From Candidatus Beckwithbacteria bacterium GW2011_GWC1_49_16 (GTDB lineage Bacteria > Patescibacteriota > Microgenomatia > UBA1400 > CG1-02-47-37), in assembly GCA_001029675.1 (NCBI GenBank), contig CP011210.1:64193-128192 (forward strand): a DNA stretch of 64,000 nt, in the 5' to 3' direction. The position numbers and the translations under genes are program-made. Positions within the stretch are counted from its first letter, which is position 1, and every line of letters starts with the position of its first letter. This document shows, piece by piece, positions 1 to 8,884 of the stretch. The notes below the pieces were generated by a model. It saw nothing but the letters and a program-made list of their open reading frames with translations. It did no database searches and was not told the origin of the DNA.

Positions 1-183
1 GGGTGGTTGGTGGGTGAGGCGGGATTTTTTTCGACAGGCAGAGTGTGGCTGGAGGGGGATTTGGGGGTTTTGTACTACACTGCCGACGAGGATAAGACTG
101 ACTTTGAGTCAGTGGTGATAACGCTTGAGCCTGAAGACGGAGATCCCGGTCCGGCGGACCATGTTTTGGAGGGGTCGTTCTAA
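1..183 (+). CDS. 3' end of a protein with an anti-sigma factor RskA-like C-terminal domain (partial)
   Basis: Frame 1 is open to TAA at 181-183: GWLVGEAGFFSTG...VVITLEPEDGDPGPADHVLEGSF. The GWL...ITLEP..G.P..P pattern resembles the RskA C-terminus. Confidence 0.55.
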   Translation, partial: GWLVGEAGFFSTGRVWLEGDLGVLYYTADEDKTDFESVVITLEPEDGDPGPADHVLEGSF

Positions 184-803
184 TGACTCCCGTCAGGGTT
201 ATTAAGAACGTTGCCTTTTTTGGGTATTCGGAATTTAAAAAGACCAGCAGAGAGTACCAGCAAGCGTTTACACTCTCGGCCTATTTAGCCGAGAAAGGCC
301 TGACCATTGTCAACGGCGGCGGCCCGGGGATTATGGCGGCTTCGACTCAAGGCGCCGAGTCGGTAGGGGGAGAGACTTTGGCGATTACCTTTTCTCCCCA
401 CGACGCGCCGGGGTTTGAAGGCAGGTACGTGGCTAACCGGGTGGACCGCGAGATCAAGACTAAAAACTATATCGAGCGGATGTTTAAGCTACTCGAGCAC
501 GCCGATTGTTTTGTGATCTTCAAGGGCGCTACCGGGACGTTGTCGGAGTTTGGTACGGCCTGGGTGTTGGCCCGGCTTTATTATCCCCACCACAAGCCGT
601 TTCTTCTTTACGGCAAGTTTTGGAAAAAGATAGTCAAGGTGATCAAAGAGAATATGAAGATCAGGCCGGAAGCCGACAAGGTGTTCAGAATCGTGGAGAC
701 GAAAGAGGAGGTGGTCAAAGCGATCGCCGAGTTTGAAGAGGAGATAGGCAAGTTTGACCACAGACACTGCAGGATTTGTAAAGACAAGGCGTTTATGACA
801 TGA
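183..803 (+). CDS. LOG family (lysine decarboxylase-like) nucleotide phosphoribohydrolase
   Basis: Motifs NGGGPGIMAA, ER..LL..AD.FV..KGATGTLSEF and KPFLLYG.FW. Confidence 0.85.
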   Translation: MTPVRVIKNVAFFGYSEFKKTSREYQQAFTLSAYLAEKGLTIVNGGGPGIMAASTQGAESVGGETLAITFSPHDAPGFEGRYVANRVDREIKTKNYIERMFKLLEHADCFVIFKGATGTLSEFGTAWVLARLYYPHHKPFLLYGKFWKKIVKVIKENMKIRPEADKVFRIVETKEEVVKAIAEFEEEIGKFDHRHCRICKDKAFMT

Positions 804-1312
804 AGGTTTATTTGGCAACAGACCACGCAGGTTTTGAACTAAAGGAAAAGGTGAAGCAGTGGCTTAAAAAAGAAGGATATGCGGTGGAGGATTGTGGAGC
901 TTATGAGTTTGATAAAACCGACGACTACCCGGATTTTGTTAGTAAGGCAGCTGCGGCCGTTTCTAACGATCCGCAAAACTCCAGGGCGATAATTTTAGGA
1001 GGATCCGGTCAAGCCGAGGCAATCTTGGCCAATAAGTTTAGAGGCGTCAGGGCGGCTTTATTTTATGCTCAAGCCGTACCAGTCGGCGTAGCTGATGTCA
1101 CCGGGAGGACGAGCGACGATCCTTTTGAAATGATCCGATTAACGCGTGAGCATAACAATACTAATGTCCTTTCCTTGGGAGCCAGATTTTTAACTGTGAA
1201 AGATATCTTAAAAGTAGTTAAACTATGGTTAGAAGAATCTTTTCCGGCGCATGAGCGGCACGTGAGAAGACTTGAAAAAATAAGAAAAATAGAGGATAAG
1301 TATTTTATATGA
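800..1312 (+). CDS. rpiB: Ribose-5-phosphate isomerase B (RpiB/LacAB family)
   Basis: Motifs ATDHAGFELK, DDYPD, ANKFRGVRAAL, REHNNTNVLSLGAR and RHVRRLEKI. Confidence 0.93.
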   Translation: MKVYLATDHAGFELKEKVKQWLKKEGYAVEDCGAYEFDKTDDYPDFVSKAAAAVSNDPQNSRAIILGGSGQAEAILANKFRGVRAALFYAQAVPVGVADVTGRTSDDPFEMIRLTREHNNTNVLSLGARFLTVKDILKVVKLWLEESFPAHERHVRRLEKIRKIEDKYFI

Positions 1313-2316
1313 TTCGAGTCGCCATTAATGGTTTTGGCAGGATGGGGAGATTAGCTTTAAGGATTGCCCTGGATCGGTACCAGGACAAAATGGAGGTGGT
1401 GGCGGTTAATACTTCGGGCAACATGGATACGGCCGGTTGGGCTTATCTTTTTGAGTACGACACGGTTTACGGCCGTTACGGCAAGAAGGTAAAGACAGAA
1501 GGTGATTTGCTGGTGGTGGACGGAGTCAAGATTCCTTTTTTGGCCGTGGCCGAGCCAAAGGATTTGCCTTGGAAGAAGCTGGCGGTAGATTTGGTGTTGG
1601 AGTGTACCGGTAAGTTTAAGAAGCCGGAAGAGGTTGATGACCACCTCACGGCCGGAGCTAAAAGGGTGCTGTTGTCGGCTCCGCTTAAAGGTGAGGCTGG
1701 GGGTATTTTTATGCGGGGTATTAACGACGACAAACTTGCCGACGAGAAAGTGTTTTCCAACGCCTCCTGCACCACCAACTGTGTCGGTCCGGTGGCCCAG
1801 GTGATCGTTGCCAAGTTTGGGGTGAAGAAGGCGGCGATGACCACGATCCACGCGGTGACCTCGAGCCAGCGGCTGGTGGACAATTCTCACAAGGACTGGC
1901 GCCGGGCCCGAGCGGCATTTTTAAACATTATTCCCACCGATACCGGAGCGGCTACGGCCACGGGCAAAGTCATCCCGGAACTGGCGGGCATTTTTGACGG
2001 CATTGCGGTCAGGGTGCCGATTATCACCGGGTCTTTGACCGACTTTACCTTTTTGGTTGGTAGAAAGACCACGGTCGCGGCGGTCAACAAAGCTTTAACC
2101 GACGCCGCTGGCGGCAGACTCAAGGGGATTTTAGGAGTGAGTGAGACGCCGCTGGTGTCAAGCGACATCATCGGCTGCGAGTACTCGTCTTTGGTCGATC
2201 TTCAAATGACCCGGGTGATCGACGGGGACTTGGTGAAGATTTTGTCCTGGTACGACAACGAATGGGGCTATGTGGTGAGGATGATGGAGTTGGCCCTTCG
2301 GCCGAGCTCAGGGTAA
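1309..2316 (+). CDS. gap: Glyceraldehyde-3-phosphate dehydrogenase, type I
   Basis: Motifs INGFGRMGR, SNASCTTNC and WYDNEWGY. Confidence 0.97.
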   Translation: MIRVAINGFGRMGRLALRIALDRYQDKMEVVAVNTSGNMDTAGWAYLFEYDTVYGRYGKKVKTEGDLLVVDGVKIPFLAVAEPKDLPWKKLAVDLVLECTGKFKKPEEVDDHLTAGAKRVLLSAPLKGEAGGIFMRGINDDKLADEKVFSNASCTTNCVGPVAQVIVAKFGVKKAAMTTIHAVTSSQRLVDNSHKDWRRARAAFLNIIPTDTGAATATGKVIPELAGIFDGIAVRVPIITGSLTDFTFLVGRKTTVAAVNKALTDAAGGRLKGILGVSETPLVSSDIIGCEYSSLVDLQMTRVIDGDLVKILSWYDNEWGYVVRMMELALRPSSG

Positions 2317-2324
2317 ACCCTCAA

Positions 2325-2984
2325 ATGATGGTTAAGGTCACCCCGACGGTTTTTGTCAAAGAAGAAGGGGTGTATCGGGAACGGTTGGAGCTTTATGAAG
2401 CCTTCGTGGATAGGGTACAGCTGGATGTAGCCGATGAAGAGTTTTGTTTGGCTCCGACTTTGTCGGTAAGGCAGTTGCTTGAAGTGCCGAGCATCTTGGC
2501 TCGTGACGTTCACCTGATGGTGAGCGAGCCGGTGACACATCTTCCTGTTTGTGCCGAGTACGGGGCGGGGGTAGTGACGGGCCAAATAGAGCAGATGAGC
2601 GACCAGAAAGAGTTTGCCCGGGAAGCGGAAAGGCTGGGGCTTAAAGCCGGTTTGGCGGTAGATTTGGAGACGGAGTTGTCGGAGCTTAACTGGTCGGTGG
2701 CCAAAGAGGTAGAGCAGATTTTGGTGATGACAGTGGCGGCCGGAAAAGAGGAGCAAAAGTTTAATCGGCAGGCGCTGGAGAAAGTGCGACAATTAAGAAA
2801 CAAGGGTTTTAGCGGAGAGATTTGCGTTGACGGTGGGGTAAATGAGGATACGGTTGTTTTCTGTGTTCGCGCCGGGGCGGACTTATTAGCTGTGGGCAGC
2901 GCTATCTGGAAGGCGACGGACGCCAAGGCAGCTTATGAGCAGTTATCTAGGCTAGCCACGGCAGCGCCAGGCAAGCTACAATAG
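2325..2984 (+). CDS. rpe: Ribulose-phosphate 3-epimerase
   Basis: Motifs QLDVAD, DVHLMV and ICVDGGVN...GADLLAVGSAI. Start moved to the first ATG after the gap stop. Confidence 0.85.
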   Translation: MMVKVTPTVFVKEEGVYRERLELYEAFVDRVQLDVADEEFCLAPTLSVRQLLEVPSILARDVHLMVSEPVTHLPVCAEYGAGVVTGQIEQMSDQKEFAREAERLGLKAGLAVDLETELSELNWSVAKEVEQILVMTVAAGKEEQKFNRQALEKVRQLRNKGFSGEICVDGGVNEDTVVFCVRAGADLLAVGSAIWKATDAKAAYEQLSRLATAAPGKLQ

Positions 2985-2990
2985 AAACGT

Positions 2991-3944
2991 ATGAAGTTTG
3001 ATGTGGTGGTTTTTGGCAGTGCCTTCGTGGACGCGTACTTAACCTCGCCTGATTTTAAGATAGTCAAATCGGACAAGAGCCCGACGGGAGTGGCTTTGTG
3101 CGAGGTTTACGGCGGCAAGGTGGCTTTAGACAAGATGGTGATGACTACCGGAGGGGGGGCGACCAACGTGGCGGTAGCCTTGGAGCGGTTGGGGTTGCAG
3201 ACGGCGGCGGTATGCTGCGTGGGCCGCGACGATTGGGGTTTATTTGTCAGAAAAAAGTTGCGCCAAGAAGGGGTAAGCCGGCTCTATGTCCAGCAAGTGG
3301 CCGAACCTACCAGCTACTCGACTATTTTGGTGAGCGGGGATGGGGGCAGGTCGGCTTTGGTTTACCGGGGGGCGAGCAATAAGCTTTCTTGGCAAAAGGT
3401 GGAGTGGGAGAAGCTGACCCCTGACTGGTTTTATGTCTCGAGCCTGGGTGGAGATTTGGCGATGCTAACCAAGATAGCCCGCCACGCCCAGAAACAAGGG
3501 ATCAGAATGGCTTTAAATCCGGGGTCGAAGGAAATCGCTGCCGGGGAGAAGTTGACCACCTTTTTGCCCCATATAGAGGTGTTATTGTTAAACCGCCAGG
3601 AGGCGGCGAGCTTGACTCATCACCAGTTTGCTAGTCGCGACGAGATCTTAAAAGATGTGGCTAAACTAGGTTCAAGGGTGGTGGCGGTGACCGAGGGCAG
3701 GCGCGGGGCGACGCTTGTCTCCGGCAAGGTCAAGTTAAATCTGCCGGCGGTGAAGGCCAAAACCATCGAGGAAACCGGAGCCGGTGATGCTTTTGGCGCC
3801 GGGCTGGTGGCGGGAATTATCAAAGGTTTTTCGCTGGAGCAAGCCTTGAAGCTGGGGCTAACTAACGGCGCCAGCGTCACCGAGCACTTCGGCCCCAAAG
3901 AGGGACTTTTATTTGAGCCGGAGATCAAGGAGCGGCTGGGGTAG
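2991..3944 (+). CDS. PfkB/ribokinase family carbohydrate kinase
   Basis: Motifs GGGATNVAVALERLG and ETGAGDAFGAG. Confidence 0.93.
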   Translation: MKFDVVVFGSAFVDAYLTSPDFKIVKSDKSPTGVALCEVYGGKVALDKMVMTTGGGATNVAVALERLGLQTAAVCCVGRDDWGLFVRKKLRQEGVSRLYVQQVAEPTSYSTILVSGDGGRSALVYRGASNKLSWQKVEWEKLTPDWFYVSSLGGDLAMLTKIARHAQKQGIRMALNPGSKEIAAGEKLTTFLPHIEVLLLNRQEAASLTHHQFASRDEILKDVAKLGSRVVAVTEGRRGATLVSGKVKLNLPAVKAKTIEETGAGDAFGAGLVAGIIKGFSLEQALKLGLTNGASVTEHFGPKEGLLFEPEIKERLG

Positions 3945-3946
3945 CC

Positions 3947-4969
3947 ATGGCAGACAAGATGGAAGAGAGGATAGAGGGGCAAGAGCCGCTTATTAAAAGA
4001 AAGCGGTCGAGAAAGACGATTGGTGAGGAAGGGGGTCGGAAGCAGACGGCGATTGTGTTTTTGGTGACTTTAGTCTTGGGGTTTATTTTTTATTTGCCCA
4101 AAGAGCTTGGCGGCTGGTGGCAAAAGTTAACCGCTCCGGAAGTAATTACCATCGAAAAACCGGTGGGGGATGCCGAGGATGTTTCCAGCGTGGTGGGGTT
4201 TAAGGTTAAAATTAACGACCGCGACGATGCCGCGGCTGCAGTAGAAAAGCTGGTGGGGGAAGTGGCGGGAGAGTTTGGGGTGTGGGTGGAAGAGCTTTCT
4301 GGGTCAAAGGGGTCTTGGGGGTTAGACGAGACAAACCAATTTACGGCGGCGTCGGTGATTAAGCTGCCGATTTTGGTGGCCTACTATGAGGCGGTAGACG
4401 AAGGCAGGCTTGACCCGGAAACGCTCTATACGCTGGTTGAGGCGGATAGGTTAGAGTACGGCACCGGATCACTGCAGCACCAGCCGGCGGGAACCAGGTA
4501 TAGCTACCGGGAGATTGCTGAACTTACCGCCAACCAGAGCGACAACATGGGGGCGGAGCTGTTGATTAAGTTTTTGGGAGGCTATGCGGCGGTGCAGCGG
4601 ACGGTGAACTCCTGGGGGTTGTCAGAAACCGATTTGCGGGAGAATTTAACTACGCCGCAAGAAATGGGCGATCTTTTGACCCGGCTTTATCGAGGCGAGT
4701 TGATAAGCGAGGAAAGCCGGGACGAGTTGTTTGCTAATTTAACCAACACGCTGGTTGAGGACAGAATTCCGGCAGGGGTGCCGACGGGGGTCAAGGTGGT
4801 CCATAAGTACGGCAGTGAGGCCGGGGTGGTCAATGACTGCGGCATCGTTTATGCCGATACGCCCTACGTGATTTGTGTCTTGTCTCAAAAGGTTAACGCC
4901 GGCGAGGCGGAGGCGGTATTACCTAAGATCTCGCGGGTGGTGTGGGAGTGGCGGGCAGCCGCCCCCTAA
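3947..4969 (+). CDS. Membrane-anchored serine hydrolase, class A beta-lactamase-like (PBP-like)
   Basis: N-terminal TM helix; SxxK (ASVIK), SDN and HKYG motifs. Confidence 0.85.
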   Translation: MADKMEERIEGQEPLIKRKRSRKTIGEEGGRKQTAIVFLVTLVLGFIFYLPKELGGWWQKLTAPEVITIEKPVGDAEDVSSVVGFKVKINDRDDAAAAVEKLVGEVAGEFGVWVEELSGSKGSWGLDETNQFTAASVIKLPILVAYYEAVDEGRLDPETLYTLVEADRLEYGTGSLQHQPAGTRYSYREIAELTANQSDNMGAELLIKFLGGYAAVQRTVNSWGLSETDLRENLTTPQEMGDLLTRLYRGELISEESRDELFANLTNTLVEDRIPAGVPTGVKVVHKYGSEAGVVNDCGIVYADTPYVICVLSQKVNAGEAEAVLPKISRVVWEWRAAAP

Positions 4970-4983
4970 AGCTGGTGGAGGAG

Positions 4984-5685
4984 TTATTTTCTTTGACAGA
5001 CGACAAGGCTAAAAAATTTTTCCTGAGTACCGTTTGGGAAAATACCATCTTCTTGAAGGATTTCAATCCAATCTTGTGCATCTTCTGTGTCTGCTTTTTT
5101 AAAAAACACAGTCTTAAGGCCAATACCTTCTAATTCTGATTGGAGAAAAGGAAGGAGATTTCCCGGTGTTTTTGTAGAAAAGATTGCAGCAGAGTTTGGA
5201 TTGTCAGGATTGAGACATTGGTGGGTAGCTTTAAGGAGAGAGAAACCTTGTTTTCTGCCGGCTTCAGGGTCCTGTTTTGTAAACATGCCAGCACCAGCAG
5301 TAATAACCCCCCTAGAAATAACTAAGTCAAACTGGCTCCCAAGAGTAGCGGTAACATCCTCGAGGTTATTTTCTATGATGGTGATGTCGTTAGGGTCAGC
5401 TTGATATTCTTTAAGAATGACTCCAAATATATCTCGAAGAGGATGTTCGGGGTCAACAGAGAAAAGATGATTGCGTGTTGGTTGGCCTAATTTGGCGAAG
5501 GCCTGATGTATTTGGCCGAGGACATGCGCGTTATAGCCGGGACCAACTTCAAGAACAGTTTTAACATTTAAACTAGAAAGAGCCCCAGCAAGGTCGGGTT
5601 GCTGGGTGTACTTAATTAGGGCTTGGAGGTCGTCGCGAAGCCCCTCTGGGGGTTGAAGAAGGTCTTTAGAGATAGAGTTTGTCAT
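4984..5685 (-). CDS. Class I SAM-dependent methyltransferase-like protein
   Basis: VLEVGPG motif I, acidic residue at end of strand 2 (FSVD), FDLVIS. Confidence 0.6.
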   Translation of the reverse strand: MTNSISKDLLQPPEGLRDDLQALIKYTQQPDLAGALSSLNVKTVLEVGPGYNAHVLGQIHQAFAKLGQPTRNHLFSVDPEHPLRDIFGVILKEYQADPNDITIIENNLEDVTATLGSQFDLVISRGVITAGAGMFTKQDPEAGRKQGFSLLKATHQCLNPDNPNSAAIFSTKTPGNLLPFLQSELEGIGLKTVFFKKADTEDAQDWIEILQEDGIFPNGTQEKFFSLVVCQRK

Positions 5686-5715
5686 AAGTTGGGGTTAATT
5701 GATTTTAGCAGATAA

Positions 5716-7881
5716 TTATTCGATTCTGATGGAGCTGGCGCCGGTTAAGATTTGATCCCGGATAACCTCTTCGGAGCAGTGGTTTTGGGGCTGACTGCCG
5801 GGAACAAAGAACTCGGTGTAGTTAGGACAACCCGAGCAGCCCAGGGTGCCGGTTAGGGGGCAGATGGAGGCGGTGACTACCGATGGCGGGGGAGTGAATT
5901 GGCTGGCAGGTTGGTCTTTTAAGGCTTGTGTCATTAGTTCGTGCCAGATGGGAGTGGCGCCGGTGATACCAGAAGCCACAGCCGCCATGGGGGAGTTGTC
6001 GTTGTTGCCCACCCAAGAAGCGACCAGGAAATCGTCGGTGAAGCCGATGGTCCAGTTGTCGCGTTTGTCGTTGGTAGTGCCGGTTTTGACGGCCACTTGA
6101 TGACCGGGGGTGTTAAGGAGTGAGTTTGCGCCAAAGGCGGGGATACGGGCATTGGCGTCTGACAGGATGCTGGTTAAGATGAAGGCGACGGAGTCTGGCA
6201 AGACCGGGTCGGAGTTGCAGCCAAAGCCGCAGTCAAACTGCTTGAGGGTTTTACCTTCGGCGTCGGTGACCTTGAGAATAGGGTTTAAGTTAACCTTTTT
6301 GCCCTGGTTGGCCAGCGTCCCGTAAACCACAGCCAAATCGGTCATCTTGACCTCGCCGCCGCCTAAGGTCAGCGACAGGCCGAAGCGGCCGGGCTCGTTC
6401 CAGGTGGTGATGCCTAAAGCTTGACCCATGGCGATCATTTTCTCCACGCCATATGAGGCCAGCACCTTGACGGCCGGAACGTTGTAGGAGTTGGCCAGCG
6501 CCTGGTGAAGGCTGACTTGACCGTGGAACTTGCCGTCGTAGTTGATCGGCGAATAAGCTGGTTGCCCCGGAATGTTGTAGGTGACTGGCGAATCCTCAAT
6601 CACCGAGGCGGCAGTATAGCCGTTTTGCAAGGCGACAGCGTAGTTGACCGGTTTGATGGCCGAGCCGGGTTGTCTTGGGCGGGTGACGACGTTGACTTGG
6701 CCGTCTCTGGCTGTATCAAAGTAGTCGCGGGAGCCGACCATGGCCAGAATTTCTCCGGTTGACGGCTTGGTGACTAAAGCGGCGCCGTTGGTGACGTGGT
6801 AAGGGGAGAGGCTGTCGACCTCGCTGGCCACGACGGCCTGGGCTTGTTGTTGCAGATTAAGATCTAAAGAAGTGGTTACCGACAGACCACCTTGTTCAAC
6901 AGCAGCCTCGCCAAACTCCTCAACCAGAGCCTGTTTGACGTACATGACAAAGTGGGGAGCGGAAATGTTTTGGGTTTGGGGAGCAAGATAGACTTTTTGT
7001 TGTTTGGCCAGCTCTGCCTCCAGCGGGGCGATAGATTGGGTTTCGACCAGGCGGTTTAAGACTTGGTGCTGGCGGTGAATGGCCAAGTAAGGGTCGGAGC
7101 CAAAAGGAGAGTAGGCGGTGGGGGCGGCGGGCAGTCCCGCCAGTAGCGCGGCTTCGGCCAGAGTGACGTCTTTGATGGATTTGCCAAAGTAGCTTTCAGC
7201 GGCGGCTTCGGCGCCGTAGGCAGTGCCGCCGTAGGAAACTTGGTTAAAGTACATAGTGAGGATCTGGTCTTTGTCGAATAAAAACTCGACCTCTATGGCC
7301 AAAACCAGCTCTTTGAGTTTGCGGATGACGGTTCTTTCCGGGGTCAACAGGGCGTTTTTGACCAGCTGTTGGGTGATGGTGGAGCCGCCCTGGAGGTCTT
7401 GGTTTAAAACGATTTGACTCAAAGAGCGGGCGATGCCCCGGTAGGAAAAGCCGTTGTGGCGGTAAAAGTCGGCGTCTTCGATGGCCAGGGTCGCCAGCTT
7501 AAAATGCTCGGGGATGTCTGATAGGGGGATTAGGGTGCGGTTTTGGTCCCGGTAAAAGGTAAAGAGCAACTGGCCGTTTCGGTCATAAATTTTGGTTGAC
7601 AGCGACGGTTTTCTGGTGGCAAGATCAGACGGGTGGGGCAGGTCTTTTAAAATAAACCAGTAAAAGAGGTTGCCGGCGATAAAAAGCAGGATGAAGAGGG
7701 TAAGGGTGATGGTTTTAAACCTAAAGTGGGGAAGTTTTAACCGGCGAACCAGTTGAACAACAACTGTGATCAGTTGGGCAACAATATTAAGGAGTAGCAG
7801 GAAAAGCTTGAAGATGGATTTGTAGGTAAACCGGCCGATTTTTTCTAAAACCCGGCCGATAAACCAGAGCGCTCTGTCCAT
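5716..7881 (-). CDS. Bifunctional transglycosylase/transpeptidase, PBP1A family
   Basis: GT51 motifs EDADFYRH and GGSTITQQLVKN; TP motifs QPGSAIK, SYN and KTGTT. Confidence 0.95.
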   Translation of the reverse strand: MDRALWFIGRVLEKIGRFTYKSIFKLFLLLLNIVAQLITVVVQLVRRLKLPHFRFKTITLTLFILLFIAGNLFYWFILKDLPHPSDLATRKPSLSTKIYDRNGQLLFTFYRDQNRTLIPLSDIPEHFKLATLAIEDADFYRHNGFSYRGIARSLSQIVLNQDLQGGSTITQQLVKNALLTPERTVIRKLKELVLAIEVEFLFDKDQILTMYFNQVSYGGTAYGAEAAAESYFGKSIKDVTLAEAALLAGLPAAPTAYSPFGSDPYLAIHRQHQVLNRLVETQSIAPLEAELAKQQKVYLAPQTQNISAPHFVMYVKQALVEEFGEAAVEQGGLSVTTSLDLNLQQQAQAVVASEVDSLSPYHVTNGAALVTKPSTGEILAMVGSRDYFDTARDGQVNVVTRPRQPGSAIKPVNYAVALQNGYTAASVIEDSPVTYNIPGQPAYSPINYDGKFHGQVSLHQALANSYNVPAVKVLASYGVEKMIAMGQALGITTWNEPGRFGLSLTLGGGEVKMTDLAVVYGTLANQGKKVNLNPILKVTDAEGKTLKQFDCGFGCNSDPVLPDSVAFILTSILSDANARIPAFGANSLLNTPGHQVAVKTGTTNDKRDNWTIGFTDDFLVASWVGNNDNSPMAAVASGITGATPIWHELMTQALKDQPASQFTPPPSVVTASICPLTGTLGCSGCPNYTEFFVPGSQPQNHCSEEVIRDQILTGASSIRIE

Positions 7882-7940
7882 GGGGTTATTATAGCAGAGT
7901 CGAAAGTTTGGCCCCCGATGATATAATTTGCTCTAAACTT

Positions 7941-8882
7941 ATGGGTGAAGCAGAAAGAGATCAAGTAATGGCCGAGCTCGAAGCAGCCGTACCCGCTAGT
8001 GAGGGTGTGGTTATGAACAGGGCATTTATCAGTTTTTTGGACATTGAGGGTTTTGATGATGTGCCTGATGATCAACTGGAGGAAAAGTTGAGGGAATGGG
8101 AGACGATGAATATTTTAAGGCATCTTCATCGAGACTTGATGGCTGTAGGGGAGACACAGAGTGAGGCGGCGGGTTTGATAGGCGGAGTAACTCAACAGAG
8201 ATTTGTCAATATATCCCGCTTTATTACCACGGTTTTAAACCGGCTAGTTGTTGAAAAGCCAGAGCTAGGTGACGACTTACCAGCTTACCCCTCGGAGGGT
8301 TTTTTTGAAGCTTCGGTGTTAGACATATTAAGAACGGTAACCTTAAATCCTGGTCATAGCCTTAATTTTTGGGTTCACGAGGATCAAAATTCAGTTCTTG
8401 ACTGGGACGACTGGGAGCAGAGGCATAACAAGGAGGAAAGAGTCAGAAATGAATTTGAGCGGGAAACGGGGGTAAGTTACGAGAAAGTTGAACATGATGA
8501 GTATTTTGAGAGGCTGTTTGAGTTTGCGGCGGGAAAGTTAGATAAAAAATCTCCTGCGTGGTGGCAAAAAACTACCAGAACCGAAGAAAAAGTGATTATG
8601 GAGTATTTGCACTCGAGAGCAAAACTGACGGCAGAAATGTGGGAGACTGAAGTGGTTATAAGAACTAGGCTAGAGACAGAAACAGAAATAAGTTACCCTG
8701 AGGACAAAATGAGAGCTTTAAAAATCAAGGCGCAAGAACTAAAAGATTTAAGCCTTAAGGTTTGCCACGCCGAAAGCTTAGAAGATGTTTTAAGCTTAGG
8801 CAATTTAAACGATTTGTTGACTACTTTAAACCCTAACTTTGATGAAATTGCGAGAACTACCTATAGTTTTTTTGACAGTTGA
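7941..8882 (+). CDS. Hypothetical acidic, helical protein
   Basis: Long ORF on the opposite strand between two PBP genes; TATAAT just upstream of ATG 7941; no recognised motif. Confidence 0.7.
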   Translation: MGEAERDQVMAELEAAVPASEGVVMNRAFISFLDIEGFDDVPDDQLEEKLREWETMNILRHLHRDLMAVGETQSEAAGLIGGVTQQRFVNISRFITTVLNRLVVEKPELGDDLPAYPSEGFFEASVLDILRTVTLNPGHSLNFWVHEDQNSVLDWDDWEQRHNKEERVRNEFERETGVSYEKVEHDEYFERLFEFAAGKLDKKSPAWWQKTTRTEEKVIMEYLHSRAKLTAEMWETEVVIRTRLETETEISYPEDKMRALKIKAQELKDLSLKVCHAESLEDVLSLGNLNDLLTTLNPNFDEIARTTYSFFDS

Positions 8883-8884
8883 TT

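Noticed and set aside
3947-4969. Bona fide antibiotic-resistance beta-lactamase
   Set aside because: Membrane anchor, KYG instead of KTG and no clear omega-loop E166xxLN motif. More likely a PBP-like cell-wall hydrolase.
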